From the NCBI GenBank assembly GCA_003426165.1, contig QUAH01000003.1, forward strand, positions 43,525-107,524: a stretch of 64,000 nt of DNA. The letters run 5' to 3'. The position numbers and the translations under genes were made by a program. The notes under the pieces are model-generated. The model was not told the DNA's origin. It worked only from the letters and a program-made list of their open reading frames with translations, and did not search any database. This DNA is from Candidatus Saccharicenans subterraneus (GTDB lineage Bacteria; Acidobacteriota; Aminicenantia; Aminicenantales; Saccharicenantaceae). Below, piece by piece: positions 1 to 9,343 of the stretch (position 1 is its first letter; the number at the start of each line of letters is the position of its first letter).

Positions 1-1484
1 GCCAGGTCAGTTGGGTCATCGTCGATGAGACCGAGAAATTTCCCCCGGCCGCCATCTCCCTTAAAGAGTTGACCGGTGGAGTGCAGGTAGGCCGGTCCGT
101 AATTCCAGACACAGGGGAGGTGGAATTTTTCTGAAAGCTGCCGGGCCAGGTTGTCCAGGGCCACGTCCAGGTTGTCGTTCGGGGCCAGGAAGCAGAGCAG
201 GGCCAGGTACCCGGGCCGGCGCTGGTTGTCTTCGAAAAATGACTTAAGCTGCCGGGCCAGGTGGGCTTCGTCGCCAGACAGCAGATTGGCTTCCGCATTA
301 ATTGAAGTTCCGGCCGTCAGCACCTCCCTGGTCTTTTTCTTGGTCAGCTCCACGTCGGGCTGGTCAAAGGGGTTCAGTCCCAGAAAATGTCCGGCAACGG
401 CGGTGGCCAGCTCCCAGAGATAAAGATGGGCGGCCAGCTCTTCCGGGGTGAAAGAGATGTGGATGATGGGCCAGCCAGATTGTTTCAGCTTTTCCAGCCT
501 TTCCTGCCAGAAAAGGTCAGGCCGGGTCTCAAACTCGTAAAACACAAACAGCCTGTCCTGGCCGTAGCTTTCTTCCGATACCGGCAGGTTTTCCAGGACC
601 GGAAGAATCCCTTTCCCATCCTTGCCGGTGCTTTCGGCTATGAGCTGCTCCAGCCAGCGTCCGAGGCTTTTCAATTGTGAAGGAAGGAGCAGGGTGAGCT
701 TATCCCGACCGGCTCCGGCCATGACTCCGAGGATGCTCCCCAGAAGCAGCCCGGGATGAAGGGATTCTTTTCGGTTCAGCTGGCGAATACTTTCGGCAGC
801 CGGTTCCAGGAATTTATCCAGGTCCAGGCCGAGCAGGGCGGCCGGGAAAAGGCCAAAGGGAGAAAGAGCTGAGAAACGTCCGCCCACGTCCGGGAATCCG
901 TTGATGGTCAGGCCGAAGCCCAGTTCAACGGCCAGTTTTTCCAGCGGAGTTCCTGGGTCGGTTATGGCCACAAAATTCCTGGCGGCTTCGGGCCCGTGAA
1001 TTTCCTGCTCCCTGTGGTAAAAATAATTCAGCAAACTCAGGGTCTCGGTGGTGGTTCCGCTCTTGGACGATACCAGGAACAACGGCCTGGTGCCTGTTTC
1101 AGCTGTCAGGCGGGTGGCAGCTTCGACGGCAACCGGAGAGGTGGTATCCAGCATCAGCAACCGTGGCCAGCCCGGGACGGGGTTGATGATTTTGCTTATG
1201 GCCTCGGGAGCCAGGCTGGAGCCGCCCATGCCCAGCAGAACCAGCAGGTTGGTCCCTGCTTCCCGGATTTTTTCCGCCTGGCGCCGATAATCCCGGAGCA
1301 GGGGGGCCATCCTTTGCGGGCTGTCAAGCCAGCCCAGCCGGCTGGATATTTCCAGGTCCTGCTCTTTCCAGAGGGTGTGGTCTTTTCTGAGAAGTCGTCC
1401 GGCAAAATCAATTCTCCGCAGCTCGTCCTGAGCCGACTGCAGTTCTTTTTGCCAGCGGTCGAGATTGTAGGTTGTTAACTTCAT
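1..1484 (-). CDS. pgi: glucose-6-phosphate isomerase (5' complete, C-terminus runs off window start)
   Basis: My own translation of the minus strand from ATG at 1484 gives MKLTTYNLDRWQKELQSAQDELRRIDFAGRLL... with PGI motifs LLGMGGSSLAPEA and DVGGRFSALSPFG, then NPFDQPDVEL near the end. At least 494 aa are in the window. It is absent from the ORF track because it has no stop inside the window. The plus-strand ORFs listed over this region look like antisense artefacts. Confidence 0.75.
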   Translation of the reverse strand, partial: MKLTTYNLDRWQKELQSAQDELRRIDFAGRLLRKDHTLWKEQDLEISSRLGWLDSPQRMAPLLRDYRRQAEKIREAGTNLLVLLGMGGSSLAPEAISKIINPVPGWPRLLMLDTTSPVAVEAATRLTAETGTRPLFLVSSKSGTTTETLSLLNYFYHREQEIHGPEAARNFVAITDPGTPLEKLAVELGFGLTINGFPDVGGRFSALSPFGLFPAALLGLDLDKFLEPAAESIRQLNRKESLHPGLLLGSILGVMAGAGRDKLTLLLPSQLKSLGRWLEQLIAESTGKDGKGILPVLENLPVSEESYGQDRLFVFYEFETRPDLFWQERLEKLKQSGWPIIHISFTPEELAAHLYLWELATAVAGHFLGLNPFDQPDVELTKKKTREVLTAGTSINAEANLLSGDEAHLARQLKSFFEDNQRRPGYLALLCFLAPNDNLDVALDNLARQLSEKFHLPCVWNYGPAYLHSTGQLFKGDGGRGKFLGLIDDDPTDL

Positions 1485-1532
1485 GCTGTTAATTATACTA
1501 CACAACCCCGCGGGGAAAGGCAGCAAATGTGC

Positions 1533-1561
1533 TTGATTTTTGCGGGTCAAAATTATATTTA
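1533..1561 (+). promoter_or_regulatory. sigma-70-like promoter, TTGATT-N17-TATATT, upstream of the 1600 gene
   Basis: Hexamers read directly at 1533-1538 and 1556-1561. An AAGGAG RBS sits at 1584-1589 and the ATG at 1600. Confidence 0.35.
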
Positions 1562-1599
1562 ATCAACCAGATATTCAATTCAAGGAGAACAGAAAAACC

Positions 1600-2016
1600 A
1601 TGTCCAGGAAAATCTTGTTGATCATGCTGACCGGACTGCTCGTGGCCTTCACCTCGGCCCTGGTGGCCCAGGAAAAACCTACGGTCAAGCCCGAGAGCCT
1701 GGTGGGAAGCTGGGAGCTGACCGTCGAAGCCGGGGAAATGGTAATTACCCTGAAGCTGACCCTGGCCCTGGAGAACGGGGCCCTGTCCGGGAAAATCTCG
1801 GACTCCTTCGGCACTTTTTCCGAGGTGCCGGTAACCGACCTGAAAGTTGAGAACAGCAGCCTGAGCTTCAACCTGACCGTGCCTTCACCCCCGGATGGCC
1901 TGACCCGGACCTGGACCTTTGAACTCCAGGTGAGCGGGGAAGAGCTGGGCGGCATTGTCTATAATAACGACATCCAGGTCTCGGTTCCGGTCAGGGGCCG
2001 AAAAATTCAGCAGTAA
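1600..2016 (+). CDS. hypothetical secreted protein (signal peptide), 138 aa
   Basis: ATG at 1600 is preceded by AAGGAG. The N-terminus MSRKILLIMLTGLLVAFTSALVAQ is signal-like. I recognise no domain. Confidence 0.55.
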   Translation: MSRKILLIMLTGLLVAFTSALVAQEKPTVKPESLVGSWELTVEAGEMVITLKLTLALENGALSGKISDSFGTFSEVPVTDLKVENSSLSFNLTVPSPPDGLTRTWTFELQVSGEELGGIVYNNDIQVSVPVRGRKIQQ

Positions 2017-2253
2017 TTACTGCCCTGGCTGAAACTTCTTTCCAGGAAATGGCGCTGGCCGAAAGAGTGGGTTTTTCCCCTGGCTTCAGGGCCAAGGAGC
2101 TCGGCTTAGATTAATTTATCAGATTTTCCCGGGCTGGTTTTGATAAAAGAACCATCCTGGCAGAGATGGCAATTAATTTGCGCGTGGGAGCTCAACTGCC
2201 AGTTTTTTAATCGGGCCCGGCCCAAAAAACAGGGGTGACCTTTCTGAATAAGC

Positions 2254-2276
2254 AGGCCCCCGGGCCTCTTTTATCT
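2254..2276 (+). terminator. possible intrinsic terminator (AGGCC-loop-GGCCT followed by CTTTTATCTT)
   Basis: GC hairpin followed by a T-rich run, read from sequence. It lies about 240 nt past the stop of the 1600 gene, so the assignment is uncertain. Confidence 0.25.
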
Positions 2277-2290
2277 TGTATTCACTGCTC

Positions 2291-4018
2291 TTATTTTACA
2301 GCCTCGCTCCCGGCTTCCAGCTTTTCCAGCCGGCTCAAATCGGGATGTTTCAGGTGCCAGCCGGTGTCCTGCTGGTAGGCCCGGGCCAGCCGCAGCGCCT
2401 TCCCCTCTTCAAACAGGTTGCCGATGAAAGAAATGCTCAGAGGGTGTCCGCTGTCATCAAAGCCGCAGGGGACCACCACCGCCGGATGGCCGGTGAGATT
2501 GGTCAGGAGCAGGTTGGGGCCGGCCGATGGAGTGACGTAAACATCGATATCCTTGAGGATCCTGGCCATGTCCTCAATGAGCAGGGTCCGGATGCGGTTG
2601 GCCTGGATGTACTCGACCGCCGGGATGAAGCGAGCCTGGCGGAAGACGTTGGGCCAGGCATTTCGGCCCTGCCTGACCATCAGGTCGTCCTGGTCAGTCC
2701 TGGTCAACTCGTCAAAGGCGGCCGCGGCTTCGGCATTCAGGATGAAACTTATGATGTTGGGGTCGATGGATGGAAGCTTTATTTCCACCGGTTCAAGGCC
2801 CAGGGATTTCAGAACATCCAGGACCGCCAGGTATTTTTCCTTGTTGTTCCTGGCCCGGTCGAAAGCCTCTTTCAGGTAGCCGATTCTGATTTTTTTAAGC
2901 TCCTGCCGGCTGTGGTATGAAAACGGCAGGTCGTAAACCGTCCGGTCTTTTCCGTCCGGCCCGATGAGGTACTTAAAGATTAGAGCCAGGTCTTCGGCAC
3001 TCCTGGCAATCGGGCCGATTTTATCCATGCTCCAGCTCAGGGCCATGGCCCCGTAGCGGCTGACCCGGCCGAAGGTGGGGCGCAGGCCCGAGGTCCCGCA
3101 GCGGGTTGAAGGAGAGACTATGGAGCCCCAGGTTTCGGTCCCGATGGCAAAGGCCACCAGGCCGGCAGCCGTGGCCGAGGCTGACCCGGCCGAGGAACCG
3201 CTTGATCCCTGTTCCGGGTCCCAGGGATTCCTGGTCTGGCCGCCGAACCAGACGTCTCCCCAGGCCAGCTCCCCCATGCTCAGCTTGGCTACCAGCACCG
3301 CCCCGGCTTCGGTTAGCTTTTCATACACGGTGGAATTCACATCGAGCTGCTGCTCCTTAAAGATCGGGGAGCCCCAGGTGGTGGGATAACCCCGGGTGGC
3401 GAACAGGTCCTTCAGGCCGTAGGGTATGCCGTGAAGCGGCCCGCGGTAGATTCCGGCGGCCAGCTCCCGGTCGGCCCGGGCGGCCTGTTCCAGGGCCAGG
3501 TCCTCGGTGAGCGTTACCAGGCAGCGGAGCTTCGGTCCATATTTTTTTAGCCTCTCGAGGTAGAGCCGGGTCAGGAACTCGGAACCAATTCTCCTGTGCT
3601 TTATCAGCCAGGCCAGGTCGGTTACGGGGTAGAAAGCCAGGTCTTCCAGGTTTTCAGGCAGACTGACTTCGCCTGGCTCTTCAAACACGAACTCGGTCTC
3701 CTCCAGGAGCCGGGAGAAATCGAAGCCAGAAGGCAGGGGATTGAAGATAAGGGCAGGAGCTACCGAGTTTTCCAGGTTAATTTCCCTCATTTCCTGGAAG
3801 TTCTTAAGGTTGGTTTCCAGGTCCTCGAGCATCATCTTTTTTTCTTTCTGGTTGAACTTCAGACCTGATATCTTGGAAGCGGCGGAAACATCCTGAACGG
3901 TTATGACCCGGCCCTTAAAATGATAAAGGGCAAAGGCCCCGCCCAGGACCAGGATGATGCAGCCTATGATTCCCAGGGCGGCCAGGTTGACCTTTCCCGG
4001 AAGCAGGTTCTTTTTCAT
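2291..4018 (-). CDS. amidase-signature family enzyme with N-terminal membrane anchor
   Basis: 575 aa. The GSSGSSAGSASATAAG..GTETWGSIVSPS stretch matches the amidase signature (GGSSGG type). There is an N-terminal TM helix. ATG at 4018 follows an AGGAGA RBS. Confidence 0.75.
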   Translation of the reverse strand: MKKNLLPGKVNLAALGIIGCIILVLGGAFALYHFKGRVITVQDVSAASKISGLKFNQKEKKMMLEDLETNLKNFQEMREINLENSVAPALIFNPLPSGFDFSRLLEETEFVFEEPGEVSLPENLEDLAFYPVTDLAWLIKHRRIGSEFLTRLYLERLKKYGPKLRCLVTLTEDLALEQAARADRELAAGIYRGPLHGIPYGLKDLFATRGYPTTWGSPIFKEQQLDVNSTVYEKLTEAGAVLVAKLSMGELAWGDVWFGGQTRNPWDPEQGSSGSSAGSASATAAGLVAFAIGTETWGSIVSPSTRCGTSGLRPTFGRVSRYGAMALSWSMDKIGPIARSAEDLALIFKYLIGPDGKDRTVYDLPFSYHSRQELKKIRIGYLKEAFDRARNNKEKYLAVLDVLKSLGLEPVEIKLPSIDPNIISFILNAEAAAAFDELTRTDQDDLMVRQGRNAWPNVFRQARFIPAVEYIQANRIRTLLIEDMARILKDIDVYVTPSAGPNLLLTNLTGHPAVVVPCGFDDSGHPLSISFIGNLFEEGKALRLARAYQQDTGWHLKHPDLSRLEKLEAGSEAVK

Positions 4019-4162
4019 GGCCCTCTCCTTCTTTTATTAAATATGAGCTATTAAACTCTAAACCCCGGTCGGCGGTCAATACGGGCTGGCCAAGAGCTTT
4101 CTTGACTTATTTTCCGCCTTGTTATATTTTGCTGGCAAATATTTTTTTATAAGAGATGCGCC

Positions 4163-5491
4163 TTGGATGAACTGAGAGTAAAGGAAAAGGGATTGTTGAA
4201 CCCGGCCAGCAAGTTCTATCGCTTCCTGATGCTGGCCTTTATTGCCTCGCTGTCCTTCGGCAGTTATTTCGCCTATGACATCGTTTCGGCCATAGCTCCC
4301 TCGCTGATCGAAGAGCTCCGGGCGGCCCGGTCCACCGTCGGAACCTTTTTCACCATGTACAGCCTGGCGGCCATCCTGGCGGTGCTGGTCGGCGGCCTGC
4401 TGGTCGATAAGCTGGGCACCAGGAAGGCCAGCCTGCTTTTTTCCTGCCTGGTATTTATCGGGGCGGCCCTGGTCTGGAAGGCCAAAAGCATTCCGGTCTT
4501 TTTCCTGGGCCGGTTTATCTTCGGGGCCGGTTCCGAGCCGCTGATCGTGGCCCAGAGCGCCATGCTGGCCCGCTGGTTCCGGAGCAAGGAGCTGGCCTTT
4601 TCCTTCGGGGCCACCCTGACCGTCAGCCGGCTGGGCTCGCTTTTTGCCTTTAACACCGGGGAGCTGATTTCCCGCTACTTCGGAAGTTTTCGCTATGCCC
4701 TGCTGGCCGCGGTCCTGGCCTGCGCCGTGTCGCTGCTGGGAAACCTGTTCTACATCATCCTGGACCGGCGCGGCGAGAAGGTGCTCGACCTGAAGAAAGA
4801 GGCTGAAACCGAAAAAATTAACCTTAAAGATATAAAAGAATTCAAGCCAACTTTCTGGTACATAACTGCCCTGTGCTTCACCTTCTATTCGGCCATCTTT
4901 CCCTTTACCGCCCTGTCCACGGACTTTTTTGTGGACAAGTGGGGGATTGCCAGGGCGGCCGAGTCCTCGGGCGGATTCCTGGCCCAGGTCTTCAATAATT
5001 TCCTGCACATGTTCAGCACGGCCGGGGGCATCAGCTCCATAATCATTTTTGCTTCCATGGTCTTTGCCCCGTTTGCCGGCAGCCTGGTGGACCGGATAGG
5101 ACGGCGGGCGACGCTGATGATTTTTGGTTCCCTGATTCTCATTCCCTGCCACCTGCTGATGGGCTTGACCAGGATTTACCCGGCCTACCCCATGGTTTTC
5201 CTGGGAATTGCCTTTGTCCTGGTGCCGGCGGCCATGTGGCCCTCGGTGCCGATGGTGGTCAGGGAAGAACGGACCGGCACTGCCTTTGGCCTGATGACGG
5301 CCATCCAGAATATCGGGCTCGGCCTGTTTCCGCTGGTTAACGGCTTCCTCCGCGATAAAACCCATTCCTATACCGCTTCTTCCGTCATGTTTGCCAGCCT
5401 GGGAATGGTCGGCCTGGTGTTCGCCCTCTTGCTGAAAAGGGCCGATGGCCGGGAGAGTAACATCCTGGAAAAGACCACCAGAAAGTCTTAA
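4163..5491 (+). CDS. MFS transporter
   Basis: 442 aa with about 12 predicted TM segments and an MFS-like loop pattern. The start is uncertain: TTG at 4163 or ATG at 4229. The 481-aa minus ORF 4076-5521 is a G/Q/H-rich antisense artefact. Confidence 0.65.
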   Translation: MDELRVKEKGLLNPASKFYRFLMLAFIASLSFGSYFAYDIVSAIAPSLIEELRAARSTVGTFFTMYSLAAILAVLVGGLLVDKLGTRKASLLFSCLVFIGAALVWKAKSIPVFFLGRFIFGAGSEPLIVAQSAMLARWFRSKELAFSFGATLTVSRLGSLFAFNTGELISRYFGSFRYALLAAVLACAVSLLGNLFYIILDRRGEKVLDLKKEAETEKINLKDIKEFKPTFWYITALCFTFYSAIFPFTALSTDFFVDKWGIARAAESSGGFLAQVFNNFLHMFSTAGGISSIIIFASMVFAPFAGSLVDRIGRRATLMIFGSLILIPCHLLMGLTRIYPAYPMVFLGIAFVLVPAAMWPSVPMVVREERTGTAFGLMTAIQNIGLGLFPLVNGFLRDKTHSYTASSVMFASLGMVGLVFALLLKRADGRESNILEKTTRKS

Positions 5492-5639
5492 ATTCAGGAC
5501 CTCGGTTTGAGCCGGAGCCAATCCCGGGTCCGCGGTTTTTCCATTTGAATAATGGCCGGCCCTTTTCTTCTTCCAGTTTATTGAAACCGGCCCTCAGCTC
5601 TTTCCCGGCGGCATTCTGAACTCTTCGGCCAGCCGGGAC

Positions 5640-6044
5640 TCAGTCTTTGCCAGACTCGAGCAACCTGACCCAGACCTGCCTGCTCCGGGGGCCGTCAAAC
5701 TCGCAAAGAAAGATTCCCTGCCAGGTGCCCAGCAGCAACTCACCTTTTTCAATCATGACTGTCAGAGAGCTTCCGACCAGCGAAGTTTTGATGTGGGCGG
5801 GGGAGTTGCCCTCGGTGTGGGCATAGGGCAGGTGGTCGGGCACGATTTTTCTCAGGGCCATCAGGATATCGGCCCTGACATCTGGGTCAGCCTGCTCGTT
5901 GATGGTCAGGCCGCAGGTGGTGTGGGGGCAGAAAATTACTGCCAACCCGGACCTTATTCCTGAGGCCCGGACCAGGGCCTGAATTTTTCCGGTTATGTTC
6001 AGAAATTCTTCTTTCCTGGAGGTTTCAAGGCTCAACTGATGCAC
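5640..6044 (-). CDS. YjbQ/UPF0047 family protein (secondary thiamine-phosphate synthase-like)
   Basis: 134 aa. GTG start with an AGGAGG RBS. Sequence resembles the YjbQ family (HTTCGLTINE.. HLKTSLVGSS). Confidence 0.7.
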   Translation of the reverse strand: MHQLSLETSRKEEFLNITGKIQALVRASGIRSGLAVIFCPHTTCGLTINEQADPDVRADILMALRKIVPDHLPYAHTEGNSPAHIKTSLVGSSLTVMIEKGELLLGTWQGIFLCEFDGPRSRQVWVRLLESGKD

Positions 6045-6090
6045 TTTTTCCTCCTGAAAAAATTTTATTAAAAAAAGTTCATTTTCCCAC

Positions 6091-6119
6091 TTGACAAAGC
6101 ATTTTTTATGTATTTATAT
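6091..6119 (+). promoter_or_regulatory. sigma-70 promoter of the nrd operon: TTGACA, about 17 nt spacer, TTATAT/TATATA
   Basis: Perfect -35 TTGACA at 6091-6096 and an AT-rich -10 near 6114-6120, inside an AT-rich 230-bp intergenic stretch. A GGGAGG RBS lies before the ATG at 6277. Confidence 0.4.
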
Positions 6120-6131
6120 ATATTGCCGAAA

Positions 6132-6147
6132 GCACAAGATTTAGTAT
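6132..6147 (+). promoter_or_regulatory. possible NrdR-box-like 16-mer overlapping the predicted transcription start
   Basis: GCACAAGATTTAGTAT matches acaCwAtATaTwGtgt, the NrdR consensus as I recall it from memory, at about 12 of 16 positions. I could not find a convincing second box. Weak. Confidence 0.2.
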
Positions 6148-6276
6148 CCAGGAGCCATGAACAGCACTAAATATTGTTTTTTCAGGCTTTTTTTCTGCCT
6201 GGGAAATAATAGCATAAAAGGGGCGCCTGGGGTTAGCGTGGAATCCGAAAAATTTTAGGTTTATAGGGAGGAAGGG

Positions 6277-8355
6277 ATGGTCAAGACCAGTAAAATCACC
6301 CGCATTAAAAAACGGGATGGCGCTATCGTTGATTTCACCCAGGACAAGATAACCAACGCCATCTACAAGGCGATGCAGTCCCAGGGCATCGACGACCACA
6401 TGGAAGCCCAGCATGTTTCTGACATCGTGGTTTTTGTCCTGGAGGAAAAATTCGGTGGCTACACGATTCCCTCGGTGGAGCAGATCCAGGACATCGTGGA
6501 AATGGTGCTGATGAAGCAGGGCTACCACGAGGTGGCCAAGGCCTACATTCTTTACCGCGAGAAGCACAAGGCCATCCGCGAGGCCAAGGAGACCGGCATC
6601 AACCTGGAAAGGCTGATCAAGGATTACATCAACGACCACGACTGGAAGGTCCGGGAAAACAGCAACGAGGGCGTGGTCAGCTTTTCCGGCCTGAACGCCA
6701 GGATTTCGGGTGAGGTCCTGTCCAACTTTGCCCTGAACAACCTTTATTCAGAGAGAATCAAGAAAGCCCACCTGGAGGGTGATTTTCACATCCATGACCT
6801 TTCCTACCCCATAGTCGGCTACTGCGCCGGCTGGTCCATGGAGAACCTGCTGCGCAAGGGTTTCGGCCATGTGCCCAACCAGGTCCATTCTCACCCGGCC
6901 AAGCACCTGGAAACGGCCACCCTGCACATGGTGAACTACATCGGCACCATGCAGGCCGAGTTTGCCGGGGCCCAGGCTTTTTCCAGCGTTGACACCTTCC
7001 TGGCCCCGTTTGTCCGGGCCGACGGCCTGAGCTATGACCGGGTCAAGCAGGACATCCAGAAACTCATTTTCGGGTTGAACGTTCCCTGTCGCTGGGGCTG
7101 GCAGACACCCTTCTCCAACCTGACCTTCGACTGGACGGTGCCCGAAGACCTGAAAAACAAGAAGGTCATCGTGGGTGGGGAAGAACTTGACTCCTGCTAC
7201 GGCGACTACCAGGAAGAAATGGACATGATCAACCGGGCCTTCCTGGAACTGATGATCGAGGGCGACCTCAAGGGCCGGGTTTTTACCTTTCCCATCCCGA
7301 CCTACAATATCACCAAGGACTTTGACTGGGACCATCCCAACGCCAGGCTGCTGTTTGAAGCCACGGCCAAGTACGGCATTCCCTATTTCCAGAATTACCT
7401 CGGGACCAACCTCAACCCGGGCGACATCCGGGCCATGTGCTGTCGGCTGAACCTGGACATGAGGGAACTGAAGACCCGTCCCGGGAACATGTGGGGAGCC
7501 GGCGACCAGACCGGGTCGATCGGAGTGGTCACCATCAACCTCAACCGCATCGGTTACGAAGCCCAGAGCAAGCAGGAGTTTTTCGACAAGCTGAGGGAGA
7601 TGATGGTCCTGGCCAAGGAATCGCTGGAGACCAAGCGGGAAGTGGTCAATAACATGCTGGAGCGGGGCCTGATGCCCTACACCAAGGTCTATCTCGGCCA
7701 CTTCGAGAACCATTTCTCAACCATCGGCATCTGCGGCATGCACGAGGCCTGCATGAATTTCCTGCACAAGGGCATCGGCACGCCGGAGGGCAAGGAATTT
7801 ACCATCGAGACCCTCAACTTCATGCGCGAGGTGCTCAAGGATTTCCAGGAAGAGACCGGGCATCTATACAACCTGGAGGCCTCCCCGGCCGAGTCCACCT
7901 CCTACCGCCTGGCCCGGCTGGACCGCCAGAAATACAAGAACATTTACACTTCCGGCACGGACAAGCACCCCTACCTGACCAACTCCACCCAGCTCAACGT
8001 CGACGCCACCAGGGATATCTTTGAAGCCCTGAAGCACCAGGAGGATATCCAGCCGCTCTACACCGGCGGGACCATCTTCCATGCTTTTCTGCCGGAAGCC
8101 ATTGACTGGAAGACCTGCCGCAAGCTGGTCCGGAAAATTGCCGAAACCAGGCTCCCGTATTACAGCATCACCCCGACCTTCAGCGTCTGTGACAACCACG
8201 GTTATCTCAAGGGGCAGCATCCTGCCTGTCCCGAGTGCGGCGCGGAAACGGAAGTGTTTTCCAGGATCGTTGGCTACCTGCGGCCGGTCAGGACCTGGAA
8301 TGACGGCAAGCAACAGGAGTTCAGCGACCGGGTAACCTATTCCAAGCTGGACTGA
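6277..8355 (+). CDS. nrdD: anaerobic ribonucleoside-triphosphate reductase (class III RNR)
   Basis: 692 aa. N-terminal ATP-cone (KITRIKKRDGAIVDF). C-terminal Zn ribbon CPECG and a glycyl-radical motif RIVGYLRPV. Confidence 0.9.
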   Translation: MVKTSKITRIKKRDGAIVDFTQDKITNAIYKAMQSQGIDDHMEAQHVSDIVVFVLEEKFGGYTIPSVEQIQDIVEMVLMKQGYHEVAKAYILYREKHKAIREAKETGINLERLIKDYINDHDWKVRENSNEGVVSFSGLNARISGEVLSNFALNNLYSERIKKAHLEGDFHIHDLSYPIVGYCAGWSMENLLRKGFGHVPNQVHSHPAKHLETATLHMVNYIGTMQAEFAGAQAFSSVDTFLAPFVRADGLSYDRVKQDIQKLIFGLNVPCRWGWQTPFSNLTFDWTVPEDLKNKKVIVGGEELDSCYGDYQEEMDMINRAFLELMIEGDLKGRVFTFPIPTYNITKDFDWDHPNARLLFEATAKYGIPYFQNYLGTNLNPGDIRAMCCRLNLDMRELKTRPGNMWGAGDQTGSIGVVTINLNRIGYEAQSKQEFFDKLREMMVLAKESLETKREVVNNMLERGLMPYTKVYLGHFENHFSTIGICGMHEACMNFLHKGIGTPEGKEFTIETLNFMREVLKDFQEETGHLYNLEASPAESTSYRLARLDRQKYKNIYTSGTDKHPYLTNSTQLNVDATRDIFEALKHQEDIQPLYTGGTIFHAFLPEAIDWKTCRKLVRKIAETRLPYYSITPTFSVCDNHGYLKGQHPACPECGAETEVFSRIVGYLRPVRTWNDGKQQEFSDRVTYSKLD

Positions 8356-8396
8356 TAAAAATTTTTCCTGAATAACTCTGCGAAGAGAGGCAAAGG

Positions 8397-8663
8397 ATGG
8401 ATTATCTGGTTTTTACCCTCCCCGGATGCGCCAAGTGCGATAAAATAAAGGACCTGCTGAAAGCCAGGGGCTTCCAGGCCGTCGAGTACGACGTCAGCAC
8501 CAAGGAGGGGCGCAACAAGATCCGGGAGTACATCAAGATGCTGCGCCGCGACAGTTCGGGCAGCGTCATCATCCCCACCCTGATCATCGAGGACAACGGC
8601 CAGGCCACGGCCGTGCTCAACTCGGCTGAGGAGCTGGACCTTTGGTTGAAATCAAGGGTTTAG
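8397..8663 (+). CDS. glutaredoxin-like / NrdH-like redoxin
   Basis: 88 aa with a CAKC active-site pair (LPGCAKCDKIK) in a thioredoxin-fold pattern. It sits between nrdD and nrdG. Confidence 0.65.
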   Translation: MDYLVFTLPGCAKCDKIKDLLKARGFQAVEYDVSTKEGRNKIREYIKMLRRDSSGSVIIPTLIIEDNGQATAVLNSAEELDLWLKSRV

Positions 8664-9340
8664 AGAAGTTTGCCTCCAGGGATTTCCCGGGCCACATTTC
8701 GTCCACCGTGTTTGTCGGTGGCTGCAATTTTCGCTGCCCCTTCTGTCATAATGCTGACCTGGTGCTAAACCCGGGCCGGTTGCCCTCCCTGGACCTTAAC
8801 CTGTTCCTCGGCTACCTTGATTCCCGCCGGGGCTGGCTGGACGGGCTGTGCCTGAGCGGTGGGGAGCCGCTGCTCCACGAGGACATTGAAGTCCTGGCCA
8901 GGGTGATCAAGGACCGGGGTTTCCTGGTCAAGGTCGATACCAACGGCTCGTTTCCTGACCGGCTGGAATATTTAATAAACCAGGGACTGGTGGACTGGCT
9001 GGCCATGGACATCAAGGCCCCGCTGGCCAGGTATCCCGAGGTGGTCAGGGCCGATGTCGATACCGGGAAAATCCAGCAGAGCGTGGAGCTCATCCGCGGC
9101 TGCGGACTGCCCTATGTTTTTAGAACCACCGTTGTCCCCGGCTTGCTGGATGAGGCGGACCTGCTGGAGATTGCGGCCTGGCTGAAAGGGGCCAGCTGCT
9201 TCCAGCTCCAGCAGTTTGTGCCCCAGAATACCGTTGACCCGGCTTTCTTAAAAGTTGAACCTTACCCGGCCGAGAAGCTCAGGCTCTGGGCCGAAGAACT
9301 CAGACCCTATTTTGATGAAGTCCTGGTGGAAGGAGTTTAA
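8642..9340 (+). CDS. nrdG: anaerobic RNR activating protein (radical SAM)
   Basis: Contains GGCNFRCPFCHN (CxxxCxxC). TTG start at 8642 with a GAGGAG RBS. Overlaps the redoxin gene by 22 nt. Confidence 0.85.
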   Translation: MVEIKGLEKFASRDFPGHISSTVFVGGCNFRCPFCHNADLVLNPGRLPSLDLNLFLGYLDSRRGWLDGLCLSGGEPLLHEDIEVLARVIKDRGFLVKVDTNGSFPDRLEYLINQGLVDWLAMDIKAPLARYPEVVRADVDTGKIQQSVELIRGCGLPYVFRTTVVPGLLDEADLLEIAAWLKGASCFQLQQFVPQNTVDPAFLKVEPYPAEKLRLWAEELRPYFDEVLVEGV

Positions 9341-9343
9341 GCC

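Noticed and set aside
151-1478. Plus-strand ORFs 151-423, 387-680, 996-1478 and 1048-1290
   Set aside because: They overlap the clearly recognisable minus-strand PGI gene. Their translations are Arg/Gly-rich with no motifs.
4076-5521. 481-aa minus-strand ORF fully overlapping the MFS transporter gene
   Set aside because: Its G/Q/H/P-rich, low-complexity translation is typical of antisense frames in high-GC DNA. The plus-strand frame encodes a coherent 12-TM transporter.
6106-7713. Minus-strand ORFs 6106-6639 and 6748-7713 antisense to nrdD
   Set aside because: nrdD on the plus strand carries the ATP-cone and glycyl-radical motifs. The antisense frames are H/V/G-rich artefacts.
8402-8620. 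72-aa minus ORF inside the glutaredoxin-like gene
   Set aside because: Antisense frame. The plus frame has the CxxC thioredoxin-fold signature and operon context.
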